Shown in pieces: positions 25,904 to 37,907 of a stretch of DNA of 64,000 nt (the first letter of the stretch is position 1; each line of letters starts with the position of its first letter). The position numbers and the translations under genes were made by a program. The DNA comes from Cetorhinus maximus (taxonomy: Eukaryota). The notes under the pieces were generated by a model that worked only from the letters and a program-made list of their open reading frames with translations, had not been told where the DNA came from and did not search any database. The stretch is taken from NCBI RefSeq assembly GCF_964194155.1, contig NC_135887.1, positions 15,934,001-15,998,000 of the forward strand, read 5' to 3'.

Positions 25904-27527
25904 GTTTCAGAGCTGAATATGATTAGCAGAATTGGCCCACAGTTTGAGACTATGGTAAGACTATCCTTTAAGTGGTTGTATTGACATTACACTTAACAGC
26001 AAACTTCTACTGAATTTAGTTCTTATTTGTATAGTTGTCCAAACTATTAAGACATGTAAATTTTGACAGCAACATTTTTAGTAATTGAGAAACAGAAATG
26101 CACAATTGCAAGAATGGATTTATGACAGTTAACGTGCAATGAAAAAAAATCTAGTATGGCTCCAAGGCCAATAGTTAAAACATGCCCCATTGTCATGTCT
26201 ACTTAATCACTGTAACCAGTTAAAGAATTAGCAGCGTGCAGTTCTCAGCAGTCTTCCACTCCAAAGGCATACCTGTCCACCTGAAGTTGTCCCATCTATT
26301 ACACTATATTTTATTGAACTAAATGACTAATGAGTGTATATTTTATTGAAGACTGAAGCAGAAAATATACAAGAACCAAGCTGTTTTCCTCACAAAGCAG
26401 AGTTATGGGTTATCTGTGACTTTTTCTTCTATTGTGCTACACCACGTGTGGAAGGGGCTGTTGAAAATAGTTCTATAGAGACACAGTTGTTTTATTTTTT
26501 TTTAAAAAAAGTGCTTCAAGTAATTAATGCTATCCTTCATTACATGCATCAGGGCAGTACTCCACCATGTGGGAGGATTATTTATGGACAAGAAAATGGA
26601 AAATTATGGGTACAATTGAACCAGAAAAGAGGAGAAAAATAAGCAACAGATTGAATGTTTGCTAATGTATTCTGACAAAAAGGTTAAGTCAACAGGTCAT
26701 TGTACTGGGAGGATTAGACCATCTGTGCCTTTTCACCTGGTTAAGCATACATTTAATAGTCTCAGCAGCAAAAATCTGAGGAATGATCTAGCTGAAAGTA
26801 CAAAGGTGCAGAGGGGCTCTAAGGTATAGCCAGAATATTGCAGTTACAGCAGAGGCAAGTTTCAAAAGGAAAAAATTAGATAGCCTATACAAAAACAAAT
26901 TCTGCACCTATCAAAAACACAAGCTACCCTATGCAACACTATCAAGTAATTGAGTGAAGCAAAACACCATTAAGTTTATAGCTTTTATGACTGTTAGTGT
27001 ATAAATGGCACTCATATAATACTAAACCACAAAAGCTCCGAACATACCAAGGTTGATTCCACGCTGACATAGCCAACTATTGTTGGGCAGCATTTAAGGA
27101 TTAGGTACAGTTAGGAAAGGGCAAAAATCTGATCATGAAAACTGTAACAAGATCACACTTTAAATAGTAGACCAGCAATCACTGTTTAGGCTCAATTGGA
27201 CAATGACTGCTGGTGCCCAAAGAATAATACCCAGGCTAAGCCAGTACCCTTCAGGAAATGGATGCCCAACATTCCAATTAAATAGAACACCCCACAAAAA
27301 GAGAGGTTCAAAAGGCCAGCACTCTGAAATATTAAATAAATGCATTTAAAAAATACACATTAAAAAATGTTTTTATAAAAACAACTTGGTTTATCTGTGG
27401 GCATGTGTAGAGTGACGAGCATATGCATGCTTTATTAGAATTACACACATGCAGTTGCAAATTTAGTTGCCACCTTTGTTTCTAATCATCTGTTGGAAAC
27501 TTTATAAAGTCTACAGAATCTTATTAC

Positions 27528-27790
27528 CTGTGTACACATCCCAAATTTTGATACGTCCATTGCTCAAACCAGTTGCCAGCAGCAGCTGGTCCTGGCCAAA
27601 CTTGAATCGGTGCCATTCGATATTCACACAGCGACTCTGTTTCTCGGGTACAGAAGAACCAAAAGCAAGGGCCCACACAATATCGCCACAGTCTATGGTA
27701 TGCTCTTCTGGCTGGTTTTTCTGATCATCACCATTTTGCTTTCTAAGGTTCTTATTGACCATATCATCATGATCATCATTAAATAATCTT
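27528..27790 (-). CDS. WSB1: WSB1 coding exon 3
   Basis: ...EHTIDCGDIVWALAFGSSVPEKQSRCVNIEWHRFKFGQDQLLLATGLSNGRIKIWDVYT. Acceptor ttttctag, donor gtaata. Confidence 0.97.
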
Positions 27791-29011
27791 CTAGAAAAAA
27801 TAAAATTCAAAATTAGTATAAAGAACAAATATCCCAATCAGACAATGCATGGCTATATGTTATTCAAGCTATAAAATGTATCTTGGCAAGCAGAGAGCTC
27901 AGAACTGTAGCATGTGACCTTCAAGTACTAAAGTCACAACATGTTAGTCAGTAAGGAAACAGCACAGTAAGAGTTAAGGCAGCTGTTTTTTTTATAAACC
28001 AGATTTAAATGTTAATCATTTTCTAGGCATAAAAGCAAGTTAGCGTTCAGACATCACGGGTTGTTTTTGAAGCTTTCCAATGACATGGTCCATTTTTCAC
28101 TAATGGTTTACCAAATAAAAGAACTACGTAAACCTTTTGTGGTTATCTACCTCCTCCATTAATAGAAACAGCTGTATCAGCACCCATGTAAATCAAACAT
28201 ATTGCTGCTGTCTTATCACTGTTGCAAACTTATTTTCAAGCCCGTTACACGTTACAACACAACGACTGATAATCTAACTGCCCTTAGTATCTGACCAGAA
28301 AACAAAAAGCCACTTTGTGAAATCAACAAAGATCTTTGTTGCATGAAAGCTGGTGCAGTTACATGGGGTCCAAGACAATATAGTGAAACAGCAAGTACAA
28401 TCAGACCTAATGTGAAACAAGACCCAACTTGTTATAATTGCTTATGTTTGAGCCCTTGCACTATTCAAAGTGATACAAAGCCACCTTGTTATCAATTTAG
28501 CAGCTGTTGGTAAATATCCATCTTCACACAAGCAACTGGCACGTGTACGGAGGACTTGGACTATTCAGCGGTCACATGGAATGAGTTGGCATTTCTTCAG
28601 TGCCACATAATCATTTACTCACTAGCTGACTGCTTCTAATTGCAAACCACAGCAATTCAAATCAACGCCGTCCTTCCACCAGATATTTCATTCCCAAGGG
28701 TGACTGCTCACGCTCAGCTATGATACAACCAAGCAAAGCAGGTCTCATTTAAGTCAACCTAGTGGTTACTCTTTGCAATTAGGTCTAGGTAGCAAGACTG
28801 ACATTTGACTGTGGATGTTCAAATTCAAACCCAATCCTGTCCTGAAGGGAATGGAAAGAGAATGATGCAGGAAGATGATTTCCTGCATATGGGGTAAATT
28901 TCTGTTTTGAAAACCACATGTTTTGAGAAATAAACTTGCATATCTCAATTCTTGAGAGGGGAACTTCCCCAAAATTCAAACTTGAGAATCATCTTCTGAA
29001 AAAGTACTCAC

Positions 29012-29177
29012 TTATTTTCATGTAGAGACCAAGGAACCAGCTTTACGACACGATGACCTTGAGACCAAGCAAAATACGAGCCATCAGGTGCAAAAGCGAC
29101 AGTCCAGGTTTCACGGCCAGACTTTTGTTCAAATGGAGCAACAGGTCCCCAAAGATCAGCAATTAGCCGGGCCTGTG
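29012..29177 (-). CDS. WSB1: WSB1 coding exon 2
   Basis: QARLIADLWGPVAPFEQKSGRETWTVAFAPDGSYFAWSQGHRVVKLVPWS. Acceptor tttacag, donor gtgagt, phase consistent with exon 1. Confidence 0.96.
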
Positions 29178-29329
29178 CTGTAAATAAAAACAATGAAATA
29201 TTAAACACCAAACAACAGACTCTACAAAAATAGACAGTTTTATTCAGCAAACAGCTCATAAGAATTAAGGACAAGCTATGTACTGGTCTACAGTGGGGTA
29301 GGACAGATCGGGTTTATCAGATTAATACC

Positions 29330-29795
29330 TGAAATGGGCAGGTCGTCTTATGAGGAAAGCTGGACAGGCTCAGCTTGTATCTGCTGGAGTTTACAAGAGG
29401 TGACTTGATCATAACCTTTAAGATCTTGGAGGGCACTTGACAAGGTGGGTGTGGAAAGGATGTTTCTTCTCGTGGGAGAATCTAGAACTCGGAGGGGGGG
29501 GGGGGCACTGTTTAAAAATAAGGGATTGCTCATTTAAGACTGAGATGAGGAAATTTTTTCTCGGAGGGTTGAGACACTTTGGAATTCTCTTCCTCAAAAG
29601 GTGGTTGAGGCAGTCTTTGAATATTTTTAAGGCAGAGGTAGATAAGATTATTGATGAGCAAGGGGGTGAAAGGTTATCAGGGATAGGCAGCAATGTGATG
29701 TTGAAGTTAAAATTAGATCAGCCATGATCTTATTGAATGGTGGAGCAGGTTCGAGGGGCCGAGTGGCCTACTCCTGCTCTTAATTTGTATGTTCA
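29330..29795 (+). mobile_element. CR1 LINE 3' fragment
   Basis: HCLKIRDCSFKTEMRKFF motif and a CR1-type 3' tail. Confidence 0.8.
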
Positions 29796-29804
29796 GAAGG
29801 GGGA

Positions 29805-30160
29805 AGATGGTGGCCTAGTGGTAATGTCACTGGACTAGTAATCCAGAGGCCCAAGTTAATGCAGCTGATTGAATTTAAATTCAATTAATTATAGCTGCAA
29901 TTGAAAGCTAGTCTCTGTAATGTTAACCACAAAATATAATCGATTGTCGTAAAGACCCATCTGGTTCACTAATGCCCTTTAGGGAAGGAAATCTGCCACC
30001 CTTAACCACATGTGACTCCAGACCCACAACCAATGTGCTTGACTTTTAACTGCCCTCTGAAATGGCCTAGTAAGCCACTCAGTTCAAGGGCAATTAGGGA
30101 TGGACAACAAATGCTGGACTTGCCAGCGATGCCCACATCCCATCAAAGAATAAAAATAAA
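29805..30160 (+). mobile_element. tRNA-derived SINE sharing the LINE 3' tail
   Basis: A-box-like tggcctagtggt. Tail gggcaattagggatgg...gcccacatccc followed by an A-rich end. Confidence 0.75.
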
Positions 30161-32162
30161 AAGGAGCAAGAGCAAGTTCAGACTCATCATTGCATCTTTC
30201 AATAGCCACAGAAAGCTGACAGAAATATGAGTGATTCTAACCTCATTGAAAAAGTTTGGTATTTCATTCCCAGGGTTGGGGACATGGGGTGGGTTGGTGT
30301 GAGTCATGTTGCACTCTGCAGTGACACCTGCAGCGAAGTACATAATTGGGCATTAAACAAGGACCCATGATGCTGCTCACACAATGCCTAGGTTAACATC
30401 AATAATGACTATTTGGGGAAGTATTGGACAGCAAATGGCACCTCTGGATCACACTGCAGCAGAGAAAAAGGAAGCTAAGCAAAGAGAAAATCCAGCAGTT
30501 CCTTTAAAAATTTGGCCATCTCTTACAAGGACACATGGAATTGGTATGTCAAATCAAAACTTTTGCCATTTAAGTATTAACCCCATTTTACAGGGCCCAA
30601 CAAAGCCAAGCTGCAAAGAATTGTATTGGAATTGGAGCACAGAAACAAGCCATTCAGCCCAGCCAGTCCATATTTGGATCCTCTTTGACCTTCTCCCTCC
30701 AATGCTTGTCTAATGTCCCCTTAAATGAATTTATGCTTTTTGTTTTAACCACTCTATGGTAGTGAGTTCCAGATTCTTCCCATTTATTGGGTAAAGAAGT
30801 TTCTTTAGAATCCCCTATTGGATTTGGAGGTAACTAAATATGTAGCAGCTAATTAAATGGTAACTAAATATATCGTGCACAGACTAATACTGTGCAATGT
30901 TTCCCTGGAGTCAGGATATTGTAGGTACATTAGTTTTTGGACACAGAACCTATATCCATAAAGTTTATGTTCTGGTACAGTCATATTCAATTTGAAACAA
31001 GCTGTTTCTCTCTCCACAGATGCTGCCAGACCTAAGTTTTTCCAGCACTTTATTTTTAGTTCCGATATCAGGCATCCGTAGTATTTTGCTTTTATTTAAT
31101 GTATCATGGGTGACTTCCTTCAATTTGGTCTAGAGCATATAAGAAAGTCTCATCCTAATTCACATACATACCCCAACTTGGCCAGATGACATATGTCACC
31201 AGCAAATCAGAAAGAAACCTGGACAGTTTTGCACTCTAGCTATCAACACCTGCCAATTCTAACATTGGAAAATGATGCCACAGTGCTACAGGCCACAAAC
31301 TGGTACACAAACCACCCTCTTCTCCAGTAGTTATGCACACAAGCCATGACAGCCTCTTTGGCCCCCCCATAACCTAACAAGATTAGCAAAATCATGTAAT
31401 ATCAAGGAGCTTTCAGAAACATATTTCTTTTAAAATTTATAATTTCAAATTGCTTCTGAAGTTATGACTGTTTTACCTTCTTCCATGCTCTTGCAACACC
31501 CTCTGCCCCATTACAACTCTATTCTTCCACTCCAAATTTGGAACAGCAAAAATATCTGCAGTGGGAATGTTAGATGTTTTTCTACAGTTGAAATAGACGT
31601 ATGAAACACAGTGAAATCACTGCGTTAAGGCTCACTTTGTCATACGTCAAGCAACATTTTCGGACTCACTTTTAGCAACATCACAGGAGATTAAATGTTA
31701 CACCTAATCTTCTATTTTACTGAAATCTTAAATAGTAATTTAGTACATAACTTGAGTATTGCTAGAAAATAAAGTCATTTCAAAACTTTTCATCTTGCAC
31801 TCATCAAGACACTTCGCAAGATTGTCAGTTGAGCTCGCAGTTTGGTGCATTTGCATGTACTGGAAGCTACATATATTAATACATCGGGCCCTATTCTTTC
31901 CAGACAGAAAGAACATGGACACACATTGCGCACGTTTCAACTAAACAAAATAAATGACAGCCATTCGCTAACTCATTCCTCAGGACAATGCCATGACCAA
32001 TTAAGATCATGCTGCCTGGCTTAAATTTCAAACAATTCTCAGCAGTCAACTGTCAGTCATCATTGCTGGTGCATTCTCTACAGCAGTGCCTCTACCAATC
32101 AGCACTCTCTTCACATGCAGTACAAATTGTTGTTTTCCCCTTATATTGGTATTCTTGCAAAG

Positions 32163-32196
32163 TGTTCTGATGAGTGCAGGATGAAAAGCTTCAACG
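32163..32196 (+). ncRNA. Minimal hammerhead motif of a second repeat family
   Basis: gtt-CTGATGA-gt gcagg at-GAAA-agct-TC-aac: stem I GTT/AAC, palindromic AAGCTT in place of stem III. Confidence 0.6.
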
Positions 32197-32414
32197 TCTC
32201 TCTTTTTTCAGAAATCTTAGTGCAAATTGAAACACCAGAACTCAGTAAGTGTAGACAGCTTTACACTTGGTACTGCCACAATGCAGATCACAGGTAGGTG
32301 CCATTCACAAACTGGCTCCCTGCATCAATATAGCTATAACAGTCACTTTACTAGATAGTAATATCAAAGGGAGTCAATTGTAGCACTATACATGCATGGA
32401 ACCAAAATCTTAAT

Positions 32415-33548
32415 CTTGAACTGATTTTGCTACTTGCTGATTCAGGTTTAACATGGCAACAATGAAAGATGTCTCTAAACTTTGTGCATCAGTGGTTCTC
32501 ATCACAAACGCAATAGAGTGATTACCTCAGTGAGGACAATACTATATCGAGCTGAACTGCATCTTAGTCTGTACGGATTTGACTGAGGTTCATATTACCT
32601 CACGATGAGAAAACAAAGAAGAATTAGAACAGCAATTGACTAAAGGCTCTTTCTTTCATAGTAAAAGCCTACAGTGATCGGGCTCATGGGGCTAAATGGC
32701 TTATCCTGTTCTTAGGTTCCAACTCTTTGAGGTAGGCCAAACAGACAACTCCCAATTTTTTGTCAATAGGAATTTATGACATTGTGGGTGGCTCCAACAA
32801 TCAGCCTACAGGTTAAAGCAACAAGTTTGTGCTGTTGTTTCAAAAGTTCTTATTCAGACAAACTGGCTTAACTTGCTTTAATCAATTCATGTTAATTCAC
32901 AGGTTTCCCTTCTTCTCCATCTCTACTAAAGACATTGACTCATTGCTTTGGTGTGCGGACAAATTCAGCACTCCTGAGCTCTCATCACGGAGCCTCTTTA
33001 GATGGAAACACAGTTAGAGATATGACACTGGGGGATCCATTTTCCATCTGTGCTCCTGTCAAGTAAGGCTTAATTGTTGAGAGAGCAGCTCCTAATTGCC
33101 AGCTGGTACCTGACCTAAATACCATTATTCATGTGTGAGCCTTGACAGTAAGTGTTGACAAACTATTCATGCATGAGGGGAATCACATGTAAGGTTTGCA
33201 TGTGTTTGAAGTGTCAGGAAGGGACGGACTTGCTGACCCTCCGCTGTGATGGCCCCGCAGACCAATAGCCCAAAGACACACAAGAAGATGGCCGCTTCGG
33301 ACTTGGTACCAAAGGAATCGTATCCCAGTGAGGACCAACCACCTACAGGAGAGGAGGAGGTCAGGGAAGATAAGTGGTAGAAAATGAAGGATTCTTCCAA
33401 AAAAGGATTGTAGCATTCATTTCTTCTCTTGGCACTTTCCAAAAATTGAAGGAGTTGTATAAATGCTAGTCATTATTGCACTGGATACATCTTTACGTCA
33501 AGCCCAAATTGCTGGGGAAAAAATCTTTGACATCCCAAGCTGAACCAA
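32415..33548 (+). repeat. Direct duplication, copy 1 (WSB1 intron 1)
   Basis: Near-identical to 42212-43349. The ORF track shows the same peptides at both sites. Confidence 0.97.
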
Positions 33549-35329
33549 AACACTGATATCACACTCCCTTGATATGAAACAATAGCATCAAACGTAGAAA
33601 TAGCTTTCAGCAAACATTTTTTGTTGCTTATGCAGCTTGTTATTAATTATTCACCCCACCAAAATTTATTGTAGAACAATGAAAGGTGCTGCACCATGGT
33701 TACATTTTAACTGCTGTTAGCTTGCAAGTCTTAAACTATCACAAGGCGTAAAATACCCTGGTAGCCAATGACTGGGTCTGGAGATTTCATTGTATTCACA
33801 TTAAATCAGGGTCACACTGAGACTGTTGGCAGCAGCAAAGCTCTTTGCAGTTCCCTTCCAATGAAGCAAAAAGCTATTTGTTAATAACAGCAGTAACTGT
33901 GAACATTATTGAAACTGCAGAATGAAAATGCAAGGAAGCTTTCAAGTCATGGACTGATGATGCCATTTCTTAGTGGATGCAGATGCGAAAGGCAGCAAGA
34001 AAGGCCAAAAACAGTTTTAAAAAAAAGTAAATTGTGTTATGGTCATATTATGGATTTCTGCTACACGAGCAAAGAAAGCTGGGCAATATTTAGTGCTTTG
34101 GCTCAAACTGTACGGATCAAAAATGTGTAGAAACTCAGCTTTACCCTACTTGTTTAAACTCAATGAAATTATAATGTGCTTTAAAAGCAAAAATTTCCTC
34201 AGGAGCTTGATAAAAACACTGGAATGCTGAGCCAACGAATGATTTGTGGTGCATGACCAAAGGATTGAGCAAAGGTGTGGACTTAATGGAATGGGATGGG
34301 ATGGGATGGGGGGGTGGAATTCCAGAGAGTGGAACCTAGGCAACTTGAAAGCAAAGCCACCAATGATGGGACAAAGGGAAAGGCAAAATTGTGCTTTCAG
34401 AACATCAAATTTACTGGGAGCAGGTAAACCATTAAAGAAAACTCTGAAAAATTTAAGCAAATATTTGAGTGTTAACCTTATATATGTGCCATTGCCAAGA
34501 ATCTTGCATCAAACCCTGGTTGCTCAACAGAAATTCAAGTCTAAGCACATCAGCACACCACCAAATAATATTTTACCCAATTGACATTTTAAAAATACAT
34601 CTTTCACAAAATTTTACACCTCTAGGGTAGTTTGCACTAATAAACCATTACCAATGATTTCTGTACTAAATAGTTTCATTTCAGAGTTGAGCAAACAATA
34701 ATGATTAAAATTTACGGGTGAGCATAATGCTGCTTTAAGAGCATTCTTTACATTTAAACTTAATTTTCTGCTCACTCAAAAGAGCTGTAACTCTGAAAGC
34801 AAAAACGGCTTCACGCCGGAATTCAATATTCTAGTTTTTCTTAATCTTGTGGAGAAATGACTGGAAGGTACATCAGAATAGAGAGGACGAACAACAACAA
34901 AAAAAGAGGAATACTGCGCAGAAATTATAACTCGGGCATTGGGGGTGATGTCAAACAAAGAGCAGAGCTTGTATAAAGAAACTCCCTTCGACATCCACAA
35001 TTGCCGTTGTTAAAATCCAGTTCCACTTTTCAAGGGCGCATTTGACCCTCACACCATTATCCAAAATGCACTGGCTAAAATAATATAAGTATGAATTCAT
35101 GCCTTTCAATGTGAAACTTTTCCCCAGTGAAGATTTTTTTCCGTGGTAGACAATTTAATTTGCACGGGAAATGTACTGTCCCTTGTGAAGATCTTAAAGA
35201 AAAAGAAAGCTTTCCTCCCTCCCTCTATCATTTAATTTTTAAAACATTTTGAAGAATTGCGATTCAACGTGGCCGTAGCCCCGAGTAGGGGCCCCTCCCT
35301 ATCCCTGTTCCAATCAGCGCCTGGCGGTC

Positions 35330-36035
35330 GCACCCCTCCCCCAAATCCGCCTGCCCCCCCCACTCCAATCCGCCCCCCTCTCAATTTCCCTTCCTTTCCC
35401 ACCCACCTCAATCCCCCCCTCCCCCCACCAACCCCCCCTCCCTCCACCAATCCCCCCTCCCCAATCAATCCCCCCTGCCCCTCCCCCAATCAATCCCCCT
35501 GCCCCTCCCCCAATCAATCCCCCCTCCCTCAATCAATCCCCCCTCCCTCAATCAATTCCCCCTCCCCCTCCCTCAATCAATTCCCCCTCCACCTCCCTCA
35601 ATCAATCCCCCCCTCCCCTTCCCTCAATCAATCCCCCCTCCCCCTCCCTCAATCAATCCCCCCCTCCCCCTCCCTCAATCCCCCCCTCCCCCTCCCTCAA
35701 TCCCCCCCTCCCCCTCCCTCAATCCCCCCCTCCCCCTCCCTCAATCCCCCCCTCCCCCTCCCTCAATCCCCCCCTCCCCCTCCCTCAATCAATCCCCCCC
35801 TCCCTCAATCAATCCCCCCCTCCCCCTCCTTCAATCAATCCCCCCCTCCCCCTCCTTCAATCAATTCCCCCCTCCCCCTCCTTCAATCAATTCCCCCCCC
35901 ACCTCCTTCAATCAATTCCCCCCCCACCTCCTTCAATCAATTCCCCCCACCTCCTTCAATCAATTCCCCCCCCCACCTCCTTCAATCAATTCCCCCCCCC
36001 ACCTCCTTCAATCAATTCCCCCCCCCCCCCCCCCG
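35330..36035. repeat. C-rich minisatellite, units like CCCCCCTCCCTCAATCAAT
   Basis: About 700 bp of degenerate tandem units with almost no G on the plus strand. Confidence 0.95.
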
Positions 36036-36710
36036 GTTATCCGCTCCCCGGCCTTCCACCCCCTCATCCCGCTCTCTTACCTATTTCATTCTCGTTGACA
36101 AATTCTGGGAAGCTGGCCATCTAAGGAGACACGATTCGAGCCCTGGAAACTGCGAAGGCGGACGAGACTTTATTTTCCCCTTTACAAAAGAAGTTATGCG
36201 GAAAATTAGAGACGAGCCGGGAACGAGCGCTGTGGGGGTGGCGGTGAGATGGGATGGGGGGGGGGGGGCGCGGAGGAGAAGGTGAGGGGGGGCGGAGGAG
36301 AAGGAGGTGGGGGGGGGGTTTAAAAATAAAAATTCCACCAGAGATTGTTTTTTTTTTCTCGAAAATTCTAACGCCCTCACTTCGAGCTCAGGAAAGAATA
36401 AATTCTCTTTCCGTCGGGATTTTTTTTTTAAATTATGGAGAATGCGTCTTTAATCGGCGGAAGGCGGGCGCGAAGTGAGGCGAGCACCCCGATCGCGCCT
36501 CTAAATATGGACAAGCGCCTCAAAATGGCCGCCGGCGGAGGGGGCGTGGTCGGTACGGTAGACGTCATGGCGTAGCGGATGCTCCGCCCCCCTGCCGGCG
36601 CGGCCCCGCCCCGCCCCCCTGCCGGCTCGGCCCCGCCCCTTAGGTGTGTACGTGCACTGCAGCACGTGTCAGCAGCCAGGCGCTGAATGAGCTGGGGCAA
36701 CGGAGGGAAG
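36030..36710 (-). promoter_or_regulatory. CpG island: WSB1 promoter and 5' UTR
   Basis: Locally high CpG density. YY1-like CAAAATGGCCGCC (36521-36533), CRE-like GACGTCA (36561-36567), several GC boxes (36584-36639), TACGTG (36649-36654) and CACGTG (36663-36668). Confidence 0.85.
36081..36120 (-). CDS. WSB1: WSB1 coding exon 1 (MASFPEFVNENEI)
   Basis: ATG at 36120 translates to MASFPEFVNENEI, resembling the vertebrate WSB1 N-terminus MASFPPRVNEKEI. Followed by donor G|gtaaga. No upstream ATG on the minus strand from 36121 to 36480. Confidence 0.93.
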
Positions 36711-36714
36711 GGTA

Positions 36715-37568
36715 GCTTCTCCTCACCGTCCAAGGGCCCAAACACTCCTTTCAAGTGAAGCAGCATTTCACTTGCACTTCCCTCAATTTAGTCTACTGCA
36801 TTCGTTGCTCCCAATGCGGTTTCCTCTACATTGGAGAGACCAAACGCAGACTGGGTGACCGCTTTGCAGAACACCTTCGGTCTGTCCGCAAACATTACCC
36901 AGACCTCCCTGTCGCTTGCCATTTCAACACTGCACCCTGCTCTCATGCCCACATGTCCGTCCTTGGCTTGCTGCATTGTTCCAGTGAAGCTCAACGCAAA
37001 CTGGAGGAACAGCACCTCATCTTCCAACTCAGCACTTTACAGCCTTTCAGACTGAATATTGAGTTCAACAATTTTAGATCATGAACTTTCTCCTCCATCC
37101 CCACCCCCTTTCTGATTTTTCCCCCTCCTTTTTGTTTTTTCCAATAATTTATATAGATTTTTCTTTTCCCACCTATTTCCATTATTTTTAAATGTATTTC
37201 CATCCATTGTTTTATCTCTACCTTTTAGCCTTTTTCGATTCCTTCACCCCACCCCCACTAGGGCTATCTGTACCTTGCTTGTCCTGCTTTCTACCCTTAA
37301 TTAGCACATTCCTTAGATAATATCACCACCTTCAACACTTCTTTGTCCTTTTGTCTGTGGCATCTTTTGGTTGCCTCCACCTATCACTGGCCCTCTATCT
37401 AGCTCTCTTGTCCCAACCTCCCCCCTTAAACTAGCTTATATTTCACCCCTTTTCTATTTTTCCTTAGTTCTGTTGAAGAGTCATGTGGACTCGAAACGTT
37501 AACTGCGTTCCTCTCCGCAGATGCTGCCAGACCTGCTGAGTTTTTCCAGGTATTTTTGTTTTTGTTTT
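36715..37568 (+). mobile_element. 5'-truncated Penelope-like element next to the WSB1 promoter
   Basis: Open GIY-YIG C-terminal frame at 36755-37084 (VYCIRCSQCGFLYIGETKRRLGDRFAEH), followed by the 3' UTR and a hammerhead-like motif at about 37466-37504. Confidence 0.9.
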
Positions 37569-37679
37569 CTCTTCTCCCTTGTGTCTCATTCCATTCTTTC
37601 CAATGATTGAGCAGCTTGTATTGTTTAACACTTGTATCCCTTAACACTTGTATCCCTGATGTGGGATATATATTGTAAA

Positions 37680-37907
37680 CAAAAACAAAAATACCTGGAA
37701 AAACTCAGCAGGTCTGACAGCATCTGCGGAGAGGGATACAGTTGACGTTTCGAGTCCGTATGACCCTTCACCAGAACTAAGACATATGTGAAGGGTCATA
37801 TGGATTCGAAATGTCAACTGTATCCCTCTCCGCAGATGCTGTCAGACCTGCTGAGTTTATCCAGGTGTTTTTGTTCTAGATTTCCAGCATCCGCAGCATT
37901 TTGCTTT
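37680..37907. mobile_element. Short Penelope-derived fold-back insertion
   Basis: Inverted arms of the Penelope 3' end. TSD tatatattgtaaa / tatatatggtaaa at 37667-37679 and 37908-37920. Confidence 0.85.

Noticed and set aside
25691-25984. Functional nested UBR-box gene
   Set aside because: Upstream frameshift and in-frame TAA, a non-ATG start, and homology that ends at 25903.
32521-32602. let-7-like microRNA (TGAGGTA on the minus strand) or canonical C/D snoRNA
   Set aside because: The sequence after TGAGGTA does not match let-7 or miR-98. The kink-turn spacing is non-canonical, the best C/D arrangement is antisense to the host intron, and I recognise no target. Kept only as a generic structure candidate.
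35257-36285. 342-aa proline-rich ORF on the plus strand
   Set aside because: It arises from the C-rich minisatellite, which lacks stop codons in that frame. It is antisense to WSB1 exon 1 and has no ATG start.
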